Shown: positions 59,361 to 64,000 of the stretch, one piece after another
Layout of the letters: the number at the start of each line of letters is the position of its first letter
Numbering within the stretch: position 1 is the first letter of the stretch
DNA from: Candidatus Velthaea sp.
GTDB lineage: Bacteria > Vulcanimicrobiota > Vulcanimicrobiia > Vulcanimicrobiales > Vulcanimicrobiaceae
Assembly: GCA_965214935.1 (NCBI GenBank)
Contig: CBDCCS010000010.1
Location: forward strand, 128,001-192,000
Length of the DNA stretch: 64,000 nt
Reading direction: 5' to 3'
Program-made: the position numbers and the translations under genes
Notes under the pieces: model-generated
The model's database searches: none
What the model saw: the letters and a program-made list of their open reading frames with translations, nothing else
What the model was told of the DNA's origin: nothing

Positions 59361-59405
59361 CGGCGCGAGCGCCGCAAGCGGCGTTCGTCCGGCGGAAAGA
59401 AAAGC

Positions 59406-60350
59406 TTGATGTCTACGACGGTCGGGGTGGTCGGGCTGGGCGAGATGGGCGGCGCTTTCGTGGAGCGGCTCCTTGCCGCGGGCCGAACCGTCACCGGTTG
59501 GAATCGCTCGCAAGCCAAAGCCGCACCGCTCGTCGAGCGCGGCATGCGCTGGGCGGCATCACCGGCCGAGGTCGCGCGTAGCGCCGACGTCACGATCGTC
59601 ATGGTCACCGACGCCGCCGCACTCGAAGCGGTGGTCGGCGGCGAACGCGGCCTATTAGCAGCGATCCGCGGCAAGACGCTGGTCGAAACGACGACTTGCG
59701 AACCGGCGGCGATCGTCGCACTCGGCGAGCGCGTGGGCGACGCAGGGGGACGGCTCGTCGATGCGGCGGTTCTTGGAAGTACGCTCACCGTGCGTCAAGG
59801 GAAGCTCGTCATCATGACCGCGGGCGACCAAGCCGCGATCGAGGCCGCGCGACCGGTGCTACTCGATATCGGTCCGCGCGTCGTCGGCATGGGTGAACTC
59901 GGAAAAGCCAAGACAATGAAGATCGCGCTAAACTTAAATCTACCGGCCCAAATTCTGGCGCTCAGCGAAGGGTTGTTACTTGCCGTAAAAAGCGGTATCC
60001 CGCGCGAAGTCGCTCTCGAGGTCATGCTCGCCGGAGCAATTGCTTCACCAATGCTGTCGTACCGCGCGCCGTTCATCGAAGCGATGCCCGCCAAAGCCTG
60101 GTTCGACGTCGATATGATGCAGAAAGATTGCGATTTAGCTCTAGCGCTCGGCAAGGAACTCGGCGTACCGCTCATGGCCACGGCGGTGAGCCGGGAGATG
60201 CTGTCGGCGGCGCGCGGTCAGGGCCTCGCACAGCGTGACTTCGCCGTTTTGTATTACGCTTTAGCCAATGCCGCCGGCCGCAGTGAATCGCCGACGATGG
60301 CCGCCGAAACGGGCATTGCGCCGCCTTCGACGTCCGAACGGCTACCCTGA
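59406..60350 (+). CDS. Beta-hydroxyacid dehydrogenase (3-hydroxyisobutyrate/tartronate semialdehyde reductase family)
   Basis: GLGEMG, WNRS, DAAVLGS, MKIALN, MQKD..LAL. Confidence 0.9.
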   Translation: MMSTTVGVVGLGEMGGAFVERLLAAGRTVTGWNRSQAKAAPLVERGMRWAASPAEVARSADVTIVMVTDAAALEAVVGGERGLLAAIRGKTLVETTTCEPAAIVALGERVGDAGGRLVDAAVLGSTLTVRQGKLVIMTAGDQAAIEAARPVLLDIGPRVVGMGELGKAKTMKIALNLNLPAQILALSEGLLLAVKSGIPREVALEVMLAGAIASPMLSYRAPFIEAMPAKAWFDVDMMQKDCDLALALGKELGVPLMATAVSREMLSAARGQGLAQRDFAVLYYALANAAGRSESPTMAAETGIAPPSTSERLP

Positions 60351-60372
60351 TCTTGGCTTGAGCGGCCGCAGT

Positions 60373-60594
60373 TCATACGCGCAGCCGCGTATTGCCGACG
60401 AGCAAGGGATAGTCTTCACCGGTCAATTTCAATGTGCCGCGGCTTTCGCCGAGCATGCCGGCATCGGTTAGCCGCATGCCGGAGATCGGAAACATGACTT
60501 CACCTTCGGGCGTCTTGCAATAGGCAGTCGCCGTATACTGCAGTTGATCTTCGGGCATGGCGGTGAGCAGATCGCGCAATTCGCGGTATTTCAA
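60373..60594 (-). CDS. Small hypothetical protein (73 aa)
   Basis: Protein-like composition; fills the gap downstream of usp on the same strand; TTG start. Confidence 0.6.
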   Translation of the reverse strand: MKYRELRDLLTAMPEDQLQYTATAYCKTPEGEVMFPISGMRLTDAGMLGESRGTLKLTGEDYPLLVGNTRLRV

Positions 60595-60633
60595 GGTCTT
60601 CGTCTCGCTTCGTGGGGGCCGGCTTGGTTCGGC

Positions 60634-61470
60634 TCAACGCACGGCGGCCGGAACGCCGCGCACGATGATTACCGGTACGTCGCTCGAGTAAATAACCGCT
60701 TCGGTAACACTTCCTTTAATGAGCCGCGGCAGGCCCTCGCGCACGTGACTCGCCATGACGATGGCATCGCACGCGTGGACGTCGGCGCTGCGCACGATCG
60801 CGTTCGGTATGCCATCGGCCAGCGGCAAGATCAGTTCTTCGGCCGTGACGCCGCCCGCTGCGGCTACCGACTTTGCGCGATCGAGGGCACGCATATCGAA
60901 GGTTTCGCCGCCGGACGTCTGGGCGGTGCAAAAATAGAGCGTCGCGCGAAAATTCTGCGCGAGCGCGACGGCATAGCGAACGGCGATCTCCGAGACATCG
61001 TCGTTTACGATCGGCACGAGAAACCGGCGTGCAAGCCGGCCGCGAGCCGGCCGGCGCACGACGCACAGCGGGATCATTGTTTCACGCAATACTTCTTGCG
61101 CCAAGCTTCGAATGAACGGGCGCAGTAAGCCGATGCGCGGTTTGATGCCGAGCACGATGAGTCCGGCGCGTTGCTCGCGGGCAAAGGCGACGACCCCCCG
61201 GACCGGATCGTCGACAAGAATTTTCCCGCTGGCACCGTAAGCTTGCGAATCGTGCGCCGCAACAAGTGCATCGTCAAGCAACTGTTGACTCATCTGCGTC
61301 GCAAGCTCGGCAAAGCACATGCCGCCGGCGCCGTCTTCGCCTAATGCCGGATCGATCGACATGCAGAAGCTGATCGGACTGCAATCTTCACGCGAAATCG
61401 TAATGCTCGCGCCGATTGCGTACTGCGCCGTCGGCGATCCGTCGACGATGACGACGATGCGCTCAAACAT
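60634..61470 (-). CDS. Tandem universal stress protein
   Basis: IVVIVDGS; second domain DAIVMASH.R.G...GSVTEAVI..SDVPVIIV. Confidence 0.92.
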   Translation of the reverse strand: MFERIVVIVDGSPTAQYAIGASITISREDCSPISFCMSIDPALGEDGAGGMCFAELATQMSQQLLDDALVAAHDSQAYGASGKILVDDPVRGVVAFAREQRAGLIVLGIKPRIGLLRPFIRSLAQEVLRETMIPLCVVRRPARGRLARRFLVPIVNDDVSEIAVRYAVALAQNFRATLYFCTAQTSGGETFDMRALDRAKSVAAAGGVTAEELILPLADGIPNAIVRSADVHACDAIVMASHVREGLPRLIKGSVTEAVIYSSDVPVIIVRGVPAAVR

Positions 61471-63013
61471 CGCTAGCCACGGGCGCCGGTTTAGCGACCT
61501 TCGCTAGAAAAACGATCGGAATGACGACGAGCAAAATCAGCGCAAAAACCACCATCAAGCTAGCGTAGGCGAGGGTCTGCGCTTGCGCGCTCACGATTGC
61601 GGCAAGCCCCGCCGGCCCATGATGCTGCCGTACGTACTCAAAGACGGCGGTATTGCTTAAGGCCACCGTTCCGGCAAGCTGCGAAGAGAAGCCTGCGATT
61701 CGATGATCGAGCAGCGTCTGCATACCACCGGTCGCAATCATCAGGCCGACCGGTGATGATAATTTATAGATCGATACGCCTGAGGCAAGCAGCGACAACG
61801 GCATGCTGCCGATCACCAGCGCTCCCATCGGTTGATTGAGCATGCCGAAGAATAGACCGAAGAGCAGCGAAACACCGATAAACGTTGCCGCTTCCGCCGT
61901 CGTCGTCATGAGCTGCGAAAAAAGCAGCAGCGCGGACGACGAGCCCAGCACGCCGACGATGATGACCACGCGCAAGTCCAGTAACCGCGACGTGATGAGT
62001 GCAAATGCGGCCGGTACGCCGACGACGTACGTGACGAGCCGCACGAGCACGAGTGCGCCCGCGAGCGTCGCGGTCGGGCCGATCGCCGTTTGCATGTAAC
62101 CGACGAGAATGGTAACCGAGTAGCCTACCGATCCGATCGCGACGTTGATCGTCGCTCCGACCGAAAGATTGCGATGGGCGCCGAACATGCGAAAATCGAC
62201 GTGCGGCTCGGCCGTTCGCAACTCGTAGATGACGAATGCCGGCAGCGCAAGACATAGCACCGCTGCGCCCCAAACGATCGTACCATCGTCAAACCAGTTT
62301 CGGCGCTCGCCTTCGTTTGCGAGAAACTGCATGGCGCCGAAGACGACAGCGGACAAGACGACGCCGGGCAGATCGAAATGTAAATCCGGTTGCGGCTGGT
62401 CTTTCGTTTGCACTGAAAAATAAATGAGGATCGACGTTGCCAGCGTTGAAATGCAGCCCGGCCAGAAAACCGAACTGCCGCCGTAGGCATCGGCGAGGAA
62501 GCCGCCGATGACCGTGCCGAGCGTCGAACCGCTAAGCGCGACGAACACGAATGCGGGCGGCGCGAATTTTAGTTGCGCCGGGCTCAGCGACGTGAAGAGC
62601 AAGATCGCTGCCGGTACAAAGATACAACCCAGCGTCGCACCTTGTACGAAGCGCAAAATGATAAAGGGCGCAAAATCAGTCGTTACCGTCAACACGAGTG
62701 ACGTTAATGAAAAGCCGAGTAAGGCCGATACCATGAGCCGCTTGCGTCCGATCCGGGCCATGCTCCACGGACTGAGCAAAATGAATGCGTAGTATGCGGC
62801 GTTAAACGTCGTTATAATCCAAGATGCCTGATCCGGCGTGGCGTTGACGATCGCTTGCAGATACGGCAATCCGGTGTTGATGATGGTGGTCGAGGTTTGA
62901 TCGACGATTATTGCGGTAACGGCGCATAGAACGATTGCGAACCCGCGCAAGCCCGGCTGAGGCCGCGGCGTTACATCCGGTACCGCCAGTCGTTGTCTGA
63001 TCACCGCTCGCAT
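61463..63013 (-). CDS. MFS transporter, DHA2 (EmrB/QacA) family
   Basis: D.T.TTIIN.GLP, ASWIITT, ARIGRKR, LRFVQG, GERRNWFDD; about 14 TM helices. Confidence 0.92.
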   Translation of the reverse strand: MRAVIRQRLAVPDVTPRPQPGLRGFAIVLCAVTAIIVDQTSTTIINTGLPYLQAIVNATPDQASWIITTFNAAYYAFILLSPWSMARIGRKRLMVSALLGFSLTSLVLTVTTDFAPFIILRFVQGATLGCIFVPAAILLFTSLSPAQLKFAPPAFVFVALSGSTLGTVIGGFLADAYGGSSVFWPGCISTLATSILIYFSVQTKDQPQPDLHFDLPGVVLSAVVFGAMQFLANEGERRNWFDDGTIVWGAAVLCLALPAFVIYELRTAEPHVDFRMFGAHRNLSVGATINVAIGSVGYSVTILVGYMQTAIGPTATLAGALVLVRLVTYVVGVPAAFALITSRLLDLRVVIIVGVLGSSSALLLFSQLMTTTAEAATFIGVSLLFGLFFGMLNQPMGALVIGSMPLSLLASGVSIYKLSSPVGLMIATGGMQTLLDHRIAGFSSQLAGTVALSNTAVFEYVRQHHGPAGLAAIVSAQAQTLAYASLMVVFALILLVVIPIVFLAKVAKPAPVASDV

Positions 63014-63235
63014 TTACAACGCGGCGTCTATGCGGCCTGCGCAGCGTAAGCGCGGGCAAGTTCGCCTTTAACCGCTAAGCGAAAATCTTTCTACCTCGTA
63101 CCGGCACGGTCTTTAGCATCGATGCGCGCGACGTTTGGCCCGTGTTTACGTTATACCGGCAAGAGTAAAAGTAAATAACGTGAAGTGCATCGGGCATGTA
63201 ACGGTTCTCGCCGTCTGCTATTTATGAATGAGGCT

Positions 63236-64000
63236 ATGACACCAGTAAGAATCGCGTATTTCTCGATGGAGATCGCACTGAACGAAAGTTTCTCCACTTA
63301 TAGCGGCGGCTTGGGTATTCTTGCCGGAGATACGTTACGTTCGGCGGCCGATCTCGGCGTTCCGATGGTTGCCGTGACCCTTGCTTATCCCAATGGATAC
63401 TTCCGCCAGCGCCTCGCGCCGGACGGCACGCAAGATGAACTGCCCGATACGTGGTCGCCGGCAGCCGAACTTGCTGCAGCGATGGCGCGCGTGAGCGTCA
63501 AAATTGAAGATCGTGACGTCGCAATTGCGGCTTGGCGTTACGACGTCGTCGGCGTGAACGGCGACATCGTGCCGGCGTACTTGCTCGACACCGATCTGCC
63601 CGAGAACACGCCGCAGGATCGCTCGATCACCGCGACCCTGTACGGCGGCGATGCGCGCTACCGCCTCATGCAAGAGATCGTGCTGGGCGTCGGCGGGGGC
63701 CGGATGCTCGATGCGCTCGGTTATCGTTCGCTCGACACGTACCACATGAACGAGGGTCATGCCGCCCTCGTCGCACTCGAACTGCTCGAGCGCCGGCCGG
63801 CGGCCGAACGGGATACATTACACGCCGTGCGGCCGCAGTGCGTTTTTACGACGCATACGCCGATCCCCGCCGGACACGATCGATTCGATGAAGCTTTGCT
63901 CGAGCGAGTCCTCGGCCGGAGCTGGACGGATCGGCTCGAACGTTTGGGTCTTATCGAAGCCGGAATGCTCAACATGACCCACTTGGCCTTGCGCGCGTCG
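63236..64000 (+). CDS. glgP: Alpha-glucan (glycogen) phosphorylase, partial at window end
   Basis: Absent from the ORF track (no stop in window). Reads MTPVRIAYFSMEIAL...YSGGLGILAGD...LYGGD..YRL.QE.VLG.GG...HMNEGH...FTTHTP.PAGHD. Confidence 0.95.
   Translation, partial: MTPVRIAYFSMEIALNESFSTYSGGLGILAGDTLRSAADLGVPMVAVTLAYPNGYFRQRLAPDGTQDELPDTWSPAAELAAAMARVSVKIEDRDVAIAAWRYDVVGVNGDIVPAYLLDTDLPENTPQDRSITATLYGGDARYRLMQEIVLGVGGGRMLDALGYRSLDTYHMNEGHAALVALELLERRPAAERDTLHAVRPQCVFTTHTPIPAGHDRFDEALLERVLGRSWTDRLERLGLIEAGMLNMTHLALRAS

Overview
GC-rich (roughly 60-65% by eye) bacterial chromosomal window with about 49 protein-coding genes. I found no rRNA, tRNA, CRISPR array, transposase, integrase or prophage. 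Content: two CUT2 sugar ABC systems, one with a Gfo/Idh/MocA dehydrogenase plus TIM-barrel isomerase/eliminase and one with EltD/LerI-like tetritol enzymes. Also dgoK-dgoA and other sugar-acid enzymes, two large sortilin/VPS10-like BNR-repeat proteins, M61/M1/M48 peptidases, UdgX, a MASE4-type hybrid kinase, a stand-alone EAL protein, an RND-MFP/GH130/patatin cluster, a cysteine hydrolase-TBDR-peptide SBP-SolA cluster and a partial glycogen phosphorylase. Diderm machinery (TonB, TBDR, RND) together with a Gram-positive-type LexA box suggests a diderm Terrabacterium such as Ca. Eremiobacterota (inference only). Best signals read from the DNA: (1) a near-consensus sigma70 promoter with a perfect CGAAC-N4-GTTCG SOS box driving a VOC protein that lacks metal ligands; (2) a sigma28 promoter on the EAL gene; (3) an in-frame TAG in the RND adaptor and a 1-nt frameshift in the patatin of the same cluster; (4) three genes that seem to need non-canonical starts (CTG, ACG, possibly ATA); (5) a TBDR with three vicinal Cys-Cys pairs; (6) a leaderless TetR. 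No database searches were run; family calls come from motif recognition.
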